Counted from the first letter of the stretch, positions 13,501 through 42,906 are shown. The stretch: DNA of 64,000 bases from Paraspadella gotoi (GCA_051294375.1 CM119263.1:12129130-12193129), one strand, 5' to 3'. Made by a program: numbers and translations. The notes: generated from the sequence alone by a model not told the origin.

Positions 13501-16361
13501 TTTGTATCTCTTTGATTATACTAACTGTAACAAACTAACATTTATAGGTTATACTGCTACTGTAGTTTTTAACACTCAAAACGCTGTTTCTGAAGAGAAT
13601 TTTCTTGCTGTTCTTCAAAAGGATTTTCCTGATGCCGAAATCAAGGAAAGGGGAAAAACAGCGACAATATATCGAGTAAGCTATAATGTAAAGAAAACGT
13701 CAAAAAAATTTCAAACTAATTGCCATCTGATTATTGTTTTAGTTTTGTCCTACTTTTGTTTTAAAAACCCTTTGGAAAAAAAAATAGCTAAAAATAAAAA
13801 AAAATATTTATTTTGACAGCTACAAATAAAAATCAAGTAGATGCAGATAAAAAAGCAAAATCCTATAGAATAGATATGGAGTCGGGCATTGCATAAGTTC
13901 ACCCCGCCTATAAGCATGACACCTTCAGTCGTGACCCGGTGGCTAAAAGCCATTACCTCATGACCCCTCGGTACTGGGTTCTATCCCAACCCGGTACCTA
14001 CCCTGCGGGAAGTGTGAGGGCGGCTGTAAACCGCCTTGGGGGCGTGGAAAACCCTCAAGTCGTGTTCCAAGCCCAGGACCCGTTCCATGGCTGCTGAGGG
14101 GGCACAGAAGTTACGGATAGTAGTCTTCAGCCCACTGAGCGCCTTATCCACAGATATAGTGCACCGAGCTCAAAAACAAATTTGAAAGAACTAAGAAGTT
14201 ATTAATAGTTTAAGTTCCTCGCCTACCAACTAGAACCCACTTGTAGTTCATCAGAACAACAACATCGCCAGCGATTTGCAAACGATTCTCTAGTGTTGTT
14301 TGGCGACTTCGCCATGGCGATGTCGCTGGAGCCGTGGCTATGTTACTCGTACCGAGACTGGCGACTTTGCGAAATGAAAATAGTTCGGCGTAAGACAGAA
14401 AGGCTGGGTTGGGGTTAGGGCGAGTGAAGTGACTCACTGGAGATTAAGGCTAAAAGATGTAGAATAAAATTCGAATAGTCGACCATGAATAATTTTGTAT
14501 TAGTAAACATTTATTTATTAATATTTATTTTTAATTTCTTAACTTTTGCACTGGTCTATTTTTATTCAGATCACCTACTATTTAAAATGTTTAAGTTTCA
14601 ATATGGTTTTTTTCTTAGTTTTGAAAGCAGAAATAAATTTCTCATAGAAAGTTGAATAAAGAAAATATAAGACTTTAAAAAAGTTTCTTTTAGCGAAAAA
14701 AATTAAGTATGTTTTTTTTTTTTTTTTTTTATAAAATTTAACTGTGTGTTAAATATATCGGTTCTTTTAAAGATTTTGACCCATTTAATGAAATAATTTT
14801 CTAATATATAATATTACGATCCTTTTAACAGATCATCTTCAGAGCCAAAAAACAAGAGAGAGAGAGAGAGATAGATGTGTAATCCCTTACTAATTTTCAT
14901 AAGGAAAAGCTGAGGCGCCGTGGCACCAACAGCCCAGCGCAGGGCAAGATTCAAACCCTCACTCGTTTCCCTGACTCGAAACATAACCACTAGCCTAGAA
15001 CTCACCCTAACCCGGGTCTCCCTTTCATCTCCCAGCCTCAATCCTAACCCTTGCGTCGGCCGCTAACCTCTCCTCCGACTCACGCCTTCCCTTCCTTTGC
15101 TACTTTCATTTTCCTCTTTCAGTCGGTTCGTCGGTCCCGCTCCAAAATGTTGTTGGTAGGTCACTTAAATCATCTTAGAACATCGAACTATGAAAAATTA
15201 TGGCAAAAAAAAAAATAATGTCCGACTCTCCCTTATCTTTGATCTCGAATTACTCATGATTGCATGGATTGATTGAGCGTGTGATTGATCTGGAAACAAT
15301 TTTCGATGAAATAGTTTAAGAGGAAATGAAATCAAAGAAACTTTTTGTAATTACATTTTTCGTTTTTTCTCTTTCAACTACTACAATCTTATTAATTACA
15401 ACAACCACATATATCACCACAACCACAAAATCCACGAACGTAGCAAGATCGTGGTCGTTGTAGTGGTTGTGGTCACCAGGGTGGTTGTGGTCATTATGGT
15501 GGTTGTGGACATTGAGGTGGTTGTGACCATTATGGTGGTTGTGGTCATTGAGGTGGTTGAGGTCATAGTTGAGATTGTTGTAGTGGTTGTAGTTATTACA
15601 GTGTTTTAGATCATTAAGATGGTGATTGTCTTTGATATAATGTTCATGTGTATTCCTGTTTATTGTAGTTTTAGTGGTTGTAAGCGTAGTGGATGTAGTC
15701 TTGTTGTGGGTATGGTAGTTGTGCTCATTTAGGTTGTTATGACGTTTATAGTTGTTGTATTGCTGGTTATAGTTACGCCGTAATTATGTTGATTGTTGTG
15801 GTTATTGTAGTTGTAGCGGTAGTTACAGTTGTTGTGATCTTTATTGTTGCAGCATACACTAAACATTAAGTGTCAAAAAAACAGATTTTTGTTTTCTCCA
15901 TTTAAACTCATTTCCACTTGCACAATTCTCATTTATCGCAGTTTACTCCCCTATTCATGAGTAATTGGAGTTTATTGCTAAGAGGGGAACGTCGGGACTT
16001 ACTTTTTTTTTTTGCATAATTTACTGACGAGATCATGGGGCGGAAAAACCTACCACCGAATCGGGTCCGCCCGTAAGCCAACTAAGCATATCCATTATCC
16101 AACCAAAAAAATTTATGTTTTTGCAACATCGTACCTCTTATTTGTTATTACTTATTAGTCCCTGCAACTCTTTAATTTCTCTGCCTTTTCCAGATCCCAA
16201 ACGGCCCGAACCGCAGCTGGGCTTCTGTTTTTGGATTTTTTGAAAAGAACGCAAAAGGTTCGGACGTCGATGACTACGATATATCCCAAACGACCTTGGA
16301 TGAGGTTTTCATTCAGTTGACTGCCGATACGGATGGAATAAATAAGGATTCAACAGTTTGA
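1565..16361 (+). CDS. ABCA: ABCA-subfamily ABC transporter, 3' part (NBD2 and C-terminal regulatory domain); 5' exons lie outside the window
   Basis: Phase-compatible exons ~1565-1673 (MGYCPQ..LTG, with indels), 2201-2299, 2364-2477, 8140-8237, 10837-10933, 13548-13675, 16194-16361. They give [99 protein letters not shown], the canonical ABCA NBD2 signature, Walker B, H-loop and C-terminal motifs. The paralogue cannot be assigned by eye. Confidence 0.93.
1737..2158. mobile_element. Foldback/MITE-like palindrome (~195-bp arms, ~30-bp loop)
   Basis: ttagtagttaatagtttgatttggtc...ctactcttc and gaagagtag...gaccaaatcaaactattaactactaa are reverse complements. Confidence 0.6.
2201..2299 (+). CDS. 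ABCA: ABCA exon ([19 protein letters not shown]...)
   Basis: AG acceptor at 2199-2200, open frame matching ABCA 'E.L..FARLRG.P', GC donor at 2300. Confidence 0.85.
2364..2477 (+). CDS. ABCA: ABCA exon: NBD2 signature and Walker B
   Basis: [30 protein letters not shown], bounded by AG/GT. Confidence 0.95.
8140..8237 (+). CDS. ABCA: ABCA exon: D-loop to H-loop
   Basis: (G)[32 protein letters not shown], bounded by tttttgtag and gt. Confidence 0.92.
8268..8450 (+). mobile_element. tRNA-derived SINE, family B
   Basis: gcatgacaccttcagtcgtgacccggtgg...gggttcaatccc (B box)...gggcgtggaaaacc, with an independent diverged copy at 13893-14070. Confidence 0.6.
8866..10423. repeat. Tandem duplication of a ~780-bp unit, each with an internal ~160-bp repeat at ~320-bp spacing
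   Basis: aaatggactaattcactttaccatgatc starts at ~8866 and ~9644. The copies differ mainly by 1-nt indels. Confidence 0.8.
10837..10933 (+). CDS. ABCA: ABCA exon
   Basis: [33 protein letters not shown], bounded by AG/GT and in phase with neighbours. Confidence 0.92.
11225..11600. repeat. GC-rich tandem dimer, 192-bp period, with hairpins
   Basis: tgtggcggtatattcac at 11225 and 11417. Shared aagcgagacc.tcctagggtaa..ccagtgactggagg. Confidence 0.75.
11690..12380 (+). mobile_element. HINE-like element copy, inverted relative to 12407-13180
   Basis: gatctgctttcaacagatcccgactctataattcacattgtcggtccgtcc end, GTCC microsatellite, and core shared with 1-520. Confidence 0.65.
12407..13180 (-). mobile_element. 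Non-autonomous Helentron-associated element (DINE-1/HINE-like), complete copy
   Basis: AACAAG end with GTTTG-AG-CAAAC hairpin. 11-bp subterminal inverted repeats GTCGGATCTGC / GCAGATGCGAC with an adjacent partial IR. (GGAC/AGAC)n microsatellite, internal ATTA tandem array, flanking A/T runs. Confidence 0.7.
13548..13675 (+). CDS. ABCA: ABCA exon (regulatory domain)
   Basis: GYTATVVF...[11 protein letters not shown]...TIYR, bounded by tttatag and gtaag. Confidence 0.85.
13893..14070 (+). mobile_element. tRNA-derived SINE, family B copy
   Basis: Colinear with 8268-8450. B box gggttctatccc. Confidence 0.6.
15400..15850. repeat. Degenerate (GTGGTT/GTTGTA)n array inside inverted HINE-like arms (~15220-16020)
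   Basis: Low-complexity GTT/GGT repeats with ~30-bp periodicity at 15470-15570. Confidence 0.6.
16194..16361 (+). CDS. ABCA: ABCA terminal coding exon
   Basis: [18 protein letters not shown]...[18 protein letters not shown]...STV*, with a polypyrimidine-cag acceptor. Confidence 0.92.
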   Translation: MPNGPNRSWASVFGFFEKNAKGSDVDDYDISQTTLDEVFIQLTADTDGINKDSTV

Positions 16362-16600
16362 ATATTTTTTTCAGTTTTGAGTCCAAAACTTTTGCAATGA
16401 TGGTAAAAATGAGATATTAAAGATAAGTTTACGATTACCTTCTTTGGCTATTATTGTTTAGACCTAGGGAGGTTTATGGTTTCTTAAGCCAGATCTATTT
16501 CTAAACGTCTGATCCACCCTCAAAGGCTGAGAGGTTTGTCACATTGTAAAGAGATCGTTTTAAGTATGCAGACAAACATTATATTTGGCTCGCTCTCTCT

Positions 16601-16668
<68 letters not shown>

Positions 16669-17622
16669 TCTCTCTCGCTCTCTCTCCCTCTCCCTCCCCT
16701 CACTCTCACCTAATTCTCTCTCTCTCTCTCTCTCTCTCTCCTCACTCTCTCTCTCTCTCACACATTTCTTGTAGAGTAAAAATTATTTCATAATTCACAA
16801 GTGTTGATGAAGACTTAAATAACAAAGTCGAAACTGGTCCATTGTTTAAAAATAAATCGTTTCATGAAATACTTCAAAATTTTTCTCTTAATATAAATTA
16901 GTTATATTATTATAGCTTAACCGATCCATGAATTATGGAAGCTGAATTTCTGCTAATTTTTGACACAATAGCTCGAATTTGACATTCATCTTTCTTTAAT
17001 TATTACGAAGATCAAACAGAATTGAATACTATGAAAATTATACAATATACATGAAGACGTGTATTTCTTGGCTACGGATATCTTTTTTCAAAAAAGTGAA
17101 AATCTCAACGCCTTTTCGAATGGCAAATTTTTTTAGCGGCTGGTTTCAAATTGCGTGCCGTAAAGATCGTAACAATTGGCTTGCCTCACCTTTTCTGTTC
17201 AAAGCTGATGCATCAAGGAGAAAGAGAAAGCGGTATGTCATGAGAACATGGACGACTGAGACGGCCCCCTTTCCGTGACCTGCCTCTTTTCCCGACTCAA
17301 CTTTTTTCTGTCCTCATTGGAAAGAAGAAACCATTTCAATAGTTACTGTTTTTTTTTTCTTTCTTTTCGTTTAAATATTTTTCTTTTCTAGTTAAAAATC
17401 ATTCTCTACACGATTACTTTTGACAAAAATAGGAAAACTATTACTAACTATTGCTATAGGTAAGTTATTTTTGTTTCTATAAAGCAACAACTTTCATTTT
17501 TTTTATTCTACTAATTGACGGAATAGGGATACTGAGGCGACTTTATTTAAAATCTGAAGATCTAAGAAAATCCTTTCGGTTAAAAAGTTTAACCAACACT
17601 TGTTCGTAATGATGTTATACGT

Positions 17623-17655
<33 letters not shown>

Positions 17656-18289
17656 CTTCAGTTGTTTTTAAATTTTTAGATTTTTTTTAATTTTAGTTTT
17701 TTACATTTTAGGATGTTTAATATTCATGATTTTATTATTTGTTTGTAATTTTTTGTTGTGTTAAATTATTTAAATCTAATATTATTTATCTATTATTGGG
17801 ATGGGAACGTATTGTCTTCTGGAAATATAGGGTGCATCTACAAATTCCGGCTCAAATATAATCCACCTTGCCAGTCCGTCGGTCCATCCCCGTTATTTGG
17901 CCGGTTTGTTACTTATCTTACACCATCGAATAATAAAACGTGCAAAAAAAAAAACTGATTTTTTTTCTTTGTCCGTCCGTCCGTCGTGATTAGTTAGAAA
18001 ATAGTGAAACAAGTAATTTTGCAAATTTTCATAGCCTCTGTCGGTATTTGGTTCAAGTATTGCGACTTGTTCGTTTTACAACACGGTATGATTTATACGT
18101 TTCTTCTCCGGAAATTGGTTTAACCAATGAGATTCGACTTCGCAGTTTCCACTCTCGTGACGTAAACGGCGACTCGGGGCGCCTTTTCGGCGTGTGAGAA
18201 GGCACGCGCGCGCAAGAGAGAGAGAGAGATAGCGATAGTGAAGAAAGCGCCGCGAAAAGGATTTTTTGTTTTTACGTTTCTCCCGTTAG

Positions 18290-18594
18290 CGCCTTCGCGT
18301 TGATGCCGATTCGCGTGACGTCAGAGACGACGACGAGGACGACGAAGACGGACGCGTGGACGACGGCTAGGACGACGACGACCTAGGCCAATTCCATCCG
18401 CGCTTCGCTGGAGAGGCCATTAAAGACGAACCAGAACGCGCCTAAAAACCACGTCATTTGCGCCTCCAAGCGGCAGCAAAATACCAACCACGCTAACGGC
18501 CGGTCGATCGTACGAAAAAAAACAGAAGCGACCCTCGACGACGCTGGCTGGGAATCCTTAGAGCCTCCGCCTTCCATTTTAGGTGCGAAATTAG
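18290..18594 (+). other. GC-rich probable upstream exon (5'UTR or N-terminal coding) of the 22.7-30.2 kb gene
   Basis: Acceptor tttctcccgttag and donor ag|gtgagc. Asp-rich codons and a DDAGWESLEPPP frame, but no single clean ORF. An earlier donor lies at 17459/17460 (tag|gtaagt). Confidence 0.4.
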
Positions 18595-18852
18595 GTGAGC
18601 GTGACGTGTTAGTTGGTCGGTCGGTCGGTAGGTCTGTCTATCCATCGGTCTATCCCATTTATATTAAAAATTCTCAGTCATGTGCAAATAAAAAAAAACG
18701 CGTCCTGTTTTTTTTTTTTTTGGTTTTTTTAATTTAAAGTAAAATATAGTTTTTTGAAAGATAAACAGTTTTGTATAAATTTTATAAAAATCGGGCCATT
18801 TGTTTAAAAGCAGTGGTTTTTTTAAAATTAAGTACTCCACTCCACATTGCTT

Positions 18853-19066
18853 TCCAATGTGTTGCGCCGCAGTGACTTTATTTTCATGTATATTTTCTTG
18901 ACATAAACATGACTAAAAAATTTTCTTCACCTTGGTATTTATGACATGCACTTCAAAAAAATTCCATCTTTTATTCCTTAGTTTTAGGAATTCCTGAAGG
19001 CGGCGCTAGCAGTCCCTTAGATTTGAGGTTTTTTCTGTCTTAACAAATGATCAACCAACTATAGTA
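18853..19066 (+). mobile_element. Interspersed repeat, reverse-complement copy of 1283-1475
   Basis: ttccaatgtgttgcgccgcagtgactttatttt...tttatgacatgcact...ttttctgtct is shared with 1283-1475 (-). Confidence 0.55.
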
Positions 19067-20267
19067 GAGTATTGCACAATATCAAGTTAAATAATTGTAA
19101 ATGTCTATATTTAAATTTGAAAAAAAATTGTGGCGTCAAATGGCGTGAAAGAAAGGTAAAACCGTTTAATATGATATCATGTGGCGTAAAAACTGGGACA
19201 GACCGACCGAAAAGTGACTTATTGAGTCAATGATTATGATAATTTAAAAAATAATATTTTTTTAAAAATTTTGAAATATTCTTATAAAGTGGCGCGTTTT
19301 TCTGTTTTTTTGGTAATAGGTGATAGTTTTTAATGAATATACACTTTTTTTAATACTATTTTTAGGTCTGGTCAAGTAGAAAACGTCAAACCTTTCTTTC
19401 GGATAATGAAGGTATATAATTCAACTTTCCGAGCTTAAACTTAAAAATACCCTGGGAGCCAAATCGACTGATACAAAAGAAAAATTAATTATACGTAAAA
19501 TATACGCCAATAAGAAAAGTTTATTATACCATTTGAAAGAAAATTCATAGACTTTTTAAAAGTTCATCACATTGCCTAAAAACGCTTTAAAACATTCTCA
19601 AAATGCTATCAAAACCAGTAAATATAACTCGGCATCGCTAGAATGAAATATTCTTCATGGAGCAAAAAAACCTTTTCCAAAAGAAGCTCTATTTTTTTAC
19701 CATTACAAAAGTTGAATGCTCATAACAACTTTGGTTTCTGCTTGCAAACCTTTTTAGTAATAAATCACCACTAGAAAAAAATAAGATTTTACAGGTTGGA
19801 ACCTCAGCCTCTTCTCAAACTGATTTTGTAAAAAAATTTAGGTAAAAAACTTTTATGCTGCCGATGCTGTGACGCACTCTATCGAGCTGAAACTACCAAT
19901 TTTTTTAATTGTCTTGAAATAAGCCACTCCTCTTTTTTCAGTTTTTCAAGGGAAGACAAGCTAATTATAGCCAGTGAATACCCATCTTCACTCGTGAATA
20001 AATATAATAAATACCACATAGTCACTCGTGATTTCGTTGATATATTAATACTTTTCCAATTGTGGCAATGTCCGCAATGATCCTAATGTTTGAATTATTT
20101 TTTAAGTGCCATTTGATTGCAATTTTCTGTGCTCATACTCACGTTAATCGTTTAATCTTCTTATTGTCTTGAATATGCTCATTCCTCTTTTTTTAGTTTT
20201 CAAAATAAAACAAGCTAATTATAGCAGTGAATAACCCATCTTCGTCTTGCCAATAATCTTTTTGTAC

Positions 20268-21535
20268 AAACAAGTTTGAGCAAACAATGTCGGATCTGCC
20301 TACAATAATTTAGCGGTAATGAGCAAAAGAGATGATAATCGAAAAAAATCATAACAGACTTGTTATAAATCAATATAAATAATTGATCAATAAGTAAAAA
20401 AACCTGCGGCTGCGCCAATACATGGAAATCGTTTTCAACGGATTAGACTGAACTGTTACTGCAGCTCAATTAACATTTTGTAATTTAAAAAATTTTATCA
20501 ATAAATATAATATTTTTAAATATTTTGTTCATTATTTTTACTTGCATAATTTTTTAATTTAAAATTTTTTTCTCCTTGTATACTTTTTTAAACTTGCATA
20601 CTTTTTTCAATTTGCTTAATTTTTAAACTTGTATATTTTTTTTAATTTGATATTTTTTAACTTTTATTTTTTCTCTTGCTTAAATTTTTCAACTTGCATG
20701 TAATTTTTTAAACTTGCCCAATTTTTTTCATTTTGCTTTAAATTTTTCAACTTTGCATTAGTAAATTTTTTTCCTCTCAACTCTAAATTAGTTTTTTTTT
20801 TTTAACTTGCTGATTAAATTAATCCTAATTTAATTTGATGTCTGAAAACCTATCAGCCAATGTATCATTTATATCATCAGTCCAGTGGAGAGAGAAACTT
20901 TAAAATTTAAAGAGAAATTCAAGTTTAATAATTGGATTTACGGTTCGTTTTTTTATTTCTAAAATTAAAAACCTCCATTTCTTCCATCCGCACGGAATTC
21001 CAATCTATACTTTATATTCAGTTTTTTTTCTTTTCAAGCAACTTATTTACTTATTTATTTTAATTTTCTCACACACAACAAAATTTTATAGCTCAATTCA
21101 TTTACAAAATCCCAATTAGGATTAATTTAGAATAATTATGAAGGTCCATATAAGCAAATAAAAGTTCAAAGTAAACATGACTTATTTATTTTCTCACATT
21201 TAAACTCGTTTTCCACTTTAGACGGCTTTCATTGAAAATTTTATATTCCAACTCAATCAAACAAGTTTCCACCAACACACTAAAAATTTCACCTCAATGC
21301 CAACCATTCCAATCACGAAGTAATTGGCATGGACGCTGGACAGAACTTATCTTTTTTTGCTTATTAATAATAGAGATAGTTTTGAGTTTTAGTTTTTTGA
21401 CATACCGATTTATTTATATTATATCATTAATTCGATTTTCTGACAAGAATTTGGCGGGGAGAGACCGATCCGGACCGACAAAATGTGAAATTATAGAGTC
21501 GAAATCTGCTGATAAGTCAGATCGCGTACTAAAAT
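20268..21535 (-). mobile_element. HINE-like element with a different internal filler
   Basis: Same AACAAGTTTGAGCAAACAATGTCGGATCTGCC end and ccgac..gtgaaattatagagtcg..cagatcgcgtactaaaa end. The interior contains a (tttttcaacttgcat)-type array at 20530-20810. Confidence 0.55.
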
Positions 21536-21928
21536 CAGTCTTGGAAATTGCTTAGTATCATTCTTCAAGGCATCAAAAGGTTTATGGACTTAGTAGTAGA
21601 AAAAAAAACACCAATGTATCTGTCACAGGGTCTTAAAAAATTGTTCATTGCACTCGATTTTTAACAAATATGATTCGCCGAAAATTTGGCGATTTTAGCA
21701 TCTTTGTGAGAAAATAGATTTGAATTTGTTATAGATAATTAATTGAAATAAAATTTATACACAAAAATGTAAAAAAAATGTAAAAAAAATGTAAAAATTC
21801 TGAGTAAGTCTATCTCAACTCAGTAAAGTACTGCAGTGGTTTCTTTTGTACTATCAGATTTGACTCACGTGGTATTGTATTGTATTGTATATTGTGGCGA
21901 ATCCTATAGCTTGGTGAAACTCAGCTCG

Positions 21929-22142
21929 TCCCAATGTCTTGGACAGCTTAGTACTTGTTCACCAATCGTGACTTCAGGGTTCAATCCACTCACGGGTCAC
22001 GCTGGTTAAAGTGTGATGGTGTCGGCATAAACACGCCATTAACGTAGGGTGGTCAGTGGTCACTGCAGGTCCAAAGCCTGAGCGCTAGCTGTCGGGAGAT
22101 GCCTCACACCCCGGGTATCATAAGTGTCTCCCCGTTACCATA
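21929..22142 (+). mobile_element. tRNA-derived SINE, family C
   Basis: B box gggttcaatcc. The body gtggtcactgcaggtccaaag..gagatgcctcacacccc..tccccgttaccata is shared with 30370-30476 (+, truncated) and 52668-52867 (-). Confidence 0.65.
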
Positions 22143-22734
22143 ATATATACATAAAAAAAAATTCGTTGCATAATATAAAAAAGAAATTTAATACAGCAAT
22201 TTATTTTTTAGAGCGATATCACATCGAAACGTCGGTTTGCCACGACATTGCCTTGAAAACATGTCGCTGGAGGGGGTAAGGAGATGCATGATGATTGATG
22301 ATGCATGCTGGAATGCACCTTTATAAAAACTACTGCATCGCAAAATTAATTCGCGCTATTTTCCAAATGAGCTTCGTTTCTGTTTCTAATCCCTGAACTT
22401 AATTTTAATGATCTGTGAGGATACTAATGTTTAACCCACCCCTTAACCCTCATTGTTAACCCTAACTTCATACCTAACCCTAACATGATCTTTAACCTTA
22501 ATCCCTAACAATAATCCTTAATTCTATTCCACCGTATCCTCTAACCTTTATCACTAAACTTCTAACCAAACCCTTTACCAAATCCTTAACCCTGATCCCT
22601 CCCCTGATCCCTTTCCCTAAACCATAACCTAATCTTTGAACTAATTTTATGAATTAATTCTGTTGAGTTTAAATCTAAATTAAAATGAAGCGGTTAAATT
22701 TTTCTCCTTTCCCTTCACTTAATAAAAAAAAAAG

Positions 22735-30155
<7,421 letters not shown>

Positions 30156-30369
30156 AATTGATACAGGGACCTCTATCTGGAGTGATACCAAAAAACTGGT
30201 AATTTCATTGAAACAAAGAGCGATCGGGTTTTTCTACCAATTCGCAAAATTTTAGCTAGGATAGTTTCTATGTTTCCTCAGAGGGTAAATTTCTGAAGAA
30301 GCAGAATTTTTACTTTGAAAGAGGACTTTTTTGGCGAATCCGAAATTTGCCTCCTGTATAGCTTGGTCA

Positions 30370-30476
30370 AACGCGCCAGTAACATGGGGTGGTTACTGCA
30401 GGTCCAAAGTCCTGAGCGCCAACTGTCGGGAGATGCCTTACCCCCCCGGCATCATACTTGTTTCCCCGTTGGCATA
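30370..30476 (+). mobile_element. SINE family C, 5'-truncated copy
   Basis: ctgcaggtccaaagtcctgagcgccaactgtcgggagatgcctta...ccccgttggcata matches 22030-22142. Confidence 0.6.
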
Positions 30477-32778
30477 CTTTACTATTAATCCTTCAGTTCC
30501 TATTAAAACAATTATTAATTTTCTTATATTAATAAGATACTATAGTTTATATATTATGAACCAATATTAAAAAAAATTATAATATGAATAATACTTGATA
30601 ATACTTGATCATAATCATTACGTTTACCTTTAATAGGTTTTATATGATTTTTTTTATAATAAAAAACTACCAAAGTGACTTTTTATTGGAAAAAAATTTA
30701 TTTTTACATCAGATAACCTCACAATCAGCATTAAAAATTAACTGTCAAAATTTGGAATAAAAAAATTGAAGAAAAGTGATTCCGCGAATGAGAGCTAAGA
30801 AACTGTATCATTCTTGATATGAACTAAAAATTCTCATTAATATAATAAGAAATGTTAGGAAATGTAAACATTTTTTTAGGTCTAAATAAATGTCAAATAG
30901 TTTTTTAACCAATATGTATTTAAAAAATAATATACACTAAAAGAATTATGTGATTAATCAAATCTTTTCGTATCACTTCATATGGAAGTCCCTGTATTTT
31001 TGTGTCTTTTTCGTAGTTAATATCATCTATCGGCGCTGTCGCGACGTATGTAATTGTAGTAGGGGTTTAATAAAAAAAAAATAAAAGAAGAAACCAAGAA
31101 AAAAAATACGAAGAAATGACAAACCCTCGCGAAAGGAGGATTTTGCTGGAAAGCATTTTCATTATAGAAAAAAACAAACAAAACGAGAAACAAATCTGAC
31201 ATATTACATATTACAGTATTTAACCAAAGAATCGAAAAAGCTAACGGCGAGCCCATTGGCCAGTATAGCGTCATCAGCTCGTTACCCTTTTCTAGCTGAT
31301 GTAACTTTTACATAAAGAAACTTTGAAACATTGCAAGATCAAAAAAAAATAATCATTACTATACACTGTACAGAAATGTGCTTCTCTACTGTGATTGCTA
31401 TTATTCACTAAAAAGGTTTAAGAATTTGTAACTAAAATTAGCTCAAGTCTTGTCTTAGTTGAGAAGCATATACACTTTGTTCGAAACCTATTGAGCAAAC
31501 AGCCTTGTGAAGTTTGTTAATGTGAATCCACTTGCCTTTTTGCTATTCACGTTGATTCCTCGGGGAAAAATATTTTAGAATCCTCCTCCTCCCCCCCCCA
31601 ACCTTTGCGCGCGCAAATTAGGCTTAAGTTTAAATGAAAAGAAAACGTAAAAATATTTGCATGGCTTTTTTTTTTTAAACCTTTCGACGGTATTAATTAT
31701 ACAGATGAAAACTTTCCTGCGGTAGTTTTTTTTTTAAAAATCCTTCGTGAATCCGTGTTTTACGAAAATGTTTATTCGCGTTGTCTTGCCACTTGACTTG
31801 GACCCTTCATCCTTCTTCCCTCTAATCGTCTCCCTGCCGACAATTTTTTCATTGGTCTTCATTTTTTAGACGTTTTTTTATTCACTTTGCGCACTTTGAA
31901 TGAAATTCCTGTTTTGTTGATATTAAAAGAGTTTCATGACAATTTGACTTATCATTTCAGTATTCTAGAATTTAGAAATAGTAAAGATATGAGGTTTTAA
32001 CTGATTTGGAATACGTTGAGAGCAATTTGAAAAAAAATAAATAAATAACCAAGTAACGAGATCAAAGGTTTTATTAACAGGAAGACAAGTATTTTAACGA
32101 TACCGTGAAGAACAATTTACAAGAAAGAGTACATGATTTTATTGACAAAGGTTTCTATTTTGTAAGTTTTCTTTCCTCTTTACTCTTTTACAATGAAATG
32201 TTGCAGGATTACATTGTTGGGAAATTTCGTTCAATTCAAATTAAACATGCTCCCGGTAAAACACAAAACAAAAAAAAACTGTATCATAAGTTTTATACTA
32301 CTCTTGACGATCATGCAGAGATCAATTCATTGTCATCGTAAAGAACGATAATTGTTTTTGTTGTGAGTTTACCATTTATGTCTTTGACTCTCCTATCGAT
32401 AACAATATAATACCAGTTATTACTTATATACTTTAATTTACTTAGCTCGATGTTTCAATAAAAGAAAATATTTATTAATATTTCACAAAATTCACCATGA
32501 ATAATATCTAAATAATCCCTAATCCTACTTATGATGAATATGACGTTAAAATGCCGATTTACAATGACGGAACTATTTGATGAACGGGATTACATTGTTA
32601 CAAATTTCGTAATGGAAGAAAAAACCTAGAAAACAAAAAAGATGAAGATTCTCCATACTGTAGCGAGGATTGTCTTTCCCTATTATCCGAGTCAAAATAA
32701 CTAATAAACCATTTAACTCGTTTAAATCGCTCTCCCAAGATCACCCCTGGTTCCAAGAACCACTCTGCCCCGCCTTCC

Positions 32779-41109
<8,331 letters not shown>

Positions 41110-41153
41110 CTAAGGATTAAAAGAGCTAAGAGTTAAAATCTCTCTCTCTTACC

Positions 41154-41257
<104 letters not shown>

Positions 41258-42906
41258 CCCTCTATTCCTTTTATCCTTAGTAAGTATTTTCCTTATCACT
41301 CTTTCCTTGGACTTTTTTCCTATCGCATAGAATATTAATTTGGAAAAAAAAACATTAAATTTCTGGCGCCTTTCTTTAACTCTCGACGTGACGAAACAAA
41401 AAACAAGTTTTTTAATCAAGTGTGAAAAAAAATAGTGAGAGAAAATCGTCGTTCTCAACGCATTAAACTTTTAATAACAATTTTAAGCAAACAAATTCTC
41501 TACAACTCGAACTCGGCGATTTTTCTTTTTTATTTCACTCTTTTAATTAACTAGTGGCTAACGTACCATCCCAACCAAGAGTTCCTAGTTCAATCCCGGC
41601 AGCCTCCCGAATAATTGGCAAAGCGAGACGGAACGAGTTTAACTGGACCAGTGGTCCCTGCGGTTGCTAAAAAAAAAGACGAAGACGAAAACAAAGACGA
41701 AAACGGCCCAAAAAAACTTACCATTTCCTTTGATGTTCCGGTAGCACCCAAACTGGCCCAGACCGCAATCAAAGAATTCCATCTTCCCTCCAAACGGCTT
41801 TAACTATTATCTCGAGCGCACGCTGGCACCGCGCGCACACCACGCCAAGCGCGCGCTCCCCGGGCTCCCGGTCACGTGATAGCCTCGTTACGCCTCCTTC
41901 CCTCCCATCAGAATGGATTACGATGCCTGGCCGATGATTTAACCGCAAGTCCAGGCTTATTATTGACTAGGTTGGCTAGTAAGCCCGACCTAAGGAACAG
42001 CGGGTCAAAGTACAGTTCCGGACGAATGAGCGGCAAGGGCGTAATTTGTCGCCGGGCCGTTCATTGAGTTCATTTTATATATCTCTCTCTTTTCGGGCCC
42101 AGTCATTGAAGGAGTTTTTTTTTAAATTTATTTTCTTTTGATTCAAAAGGAAATTTTCTACATCTACAAGAGGTATACTGAAAACAAAAAAGCATGGTCG
42201 GTTTGTTCGTTCGCTAAAAAAAAATAAAATAAAACATAACTTATTATCAAGAACAAAAGGATGACGTTTTCGTTTTTTGAAGTTAATGACGAAATTTTTC
42301 TTTTTACATAGATTAGAAAAAAATTTACCCTGAAAACCAAGAAGTGGTATTGCAGTAAACAAGTTACGCCAATATTTCTTGGGTGGTCGAAAAAGAGAAA
42401 ACAGTAATAAAAAAGAAAAAAAAATTGAAGGAAAAGGTTGGAGTCAAAATGCAAGTTTTCTTCTGAGTTTGACGTTTGCGTGTTTGAACCACGTCAGACG
42501 AGGCTCATCGACCAAAAAACTTTTCAGTTTTCCGATATTGCTGTTTGTTTCGATGCATTAAGGGGGAAAAATAAACAAGATGGCGTTTCTTGACGAAATC
42601 TTCTCCGTTCCTCAGACTTTTTTCCATCAACCGTTCGTCAAGGACTCTATTTGTATTTTATTTCACGAAGTTTTTGTCGTTCTCTTTTTTTTTTTTTTTT
42701 AAACAAAAGTTTTATCGTTGCTTCGGTCATTAAATATATTCAGCTTATGAAAAAAAGTTGCAGTGCTCCGTTTGAAACTTATCCATTATTTGGTAAAACA
42801 ATTTCGTCCTTGAAAAAAGGAAGGGTGTGAATCTATTTTCTTCTCTCTCTCTCTCTCTCTTCTTCTCTTCTCCTCTCTTCTCTCTCTCCTCTCTCTCTCT
42901 GCTCTC

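Noticed and set aside
22430-22640. Interstitial telomere or chromosome-fusion scar
   Set aside because: The repeats are short, highly degenerate and bounded by TIR-like ends typical of MITEs.
41615-41803. Protein-looking plus-strand ORF (AKRDGTSLTGPVVP...)
   Set aside because: TTG start, no supporting splice sites, and antisense to probable Shank 5' sequence.
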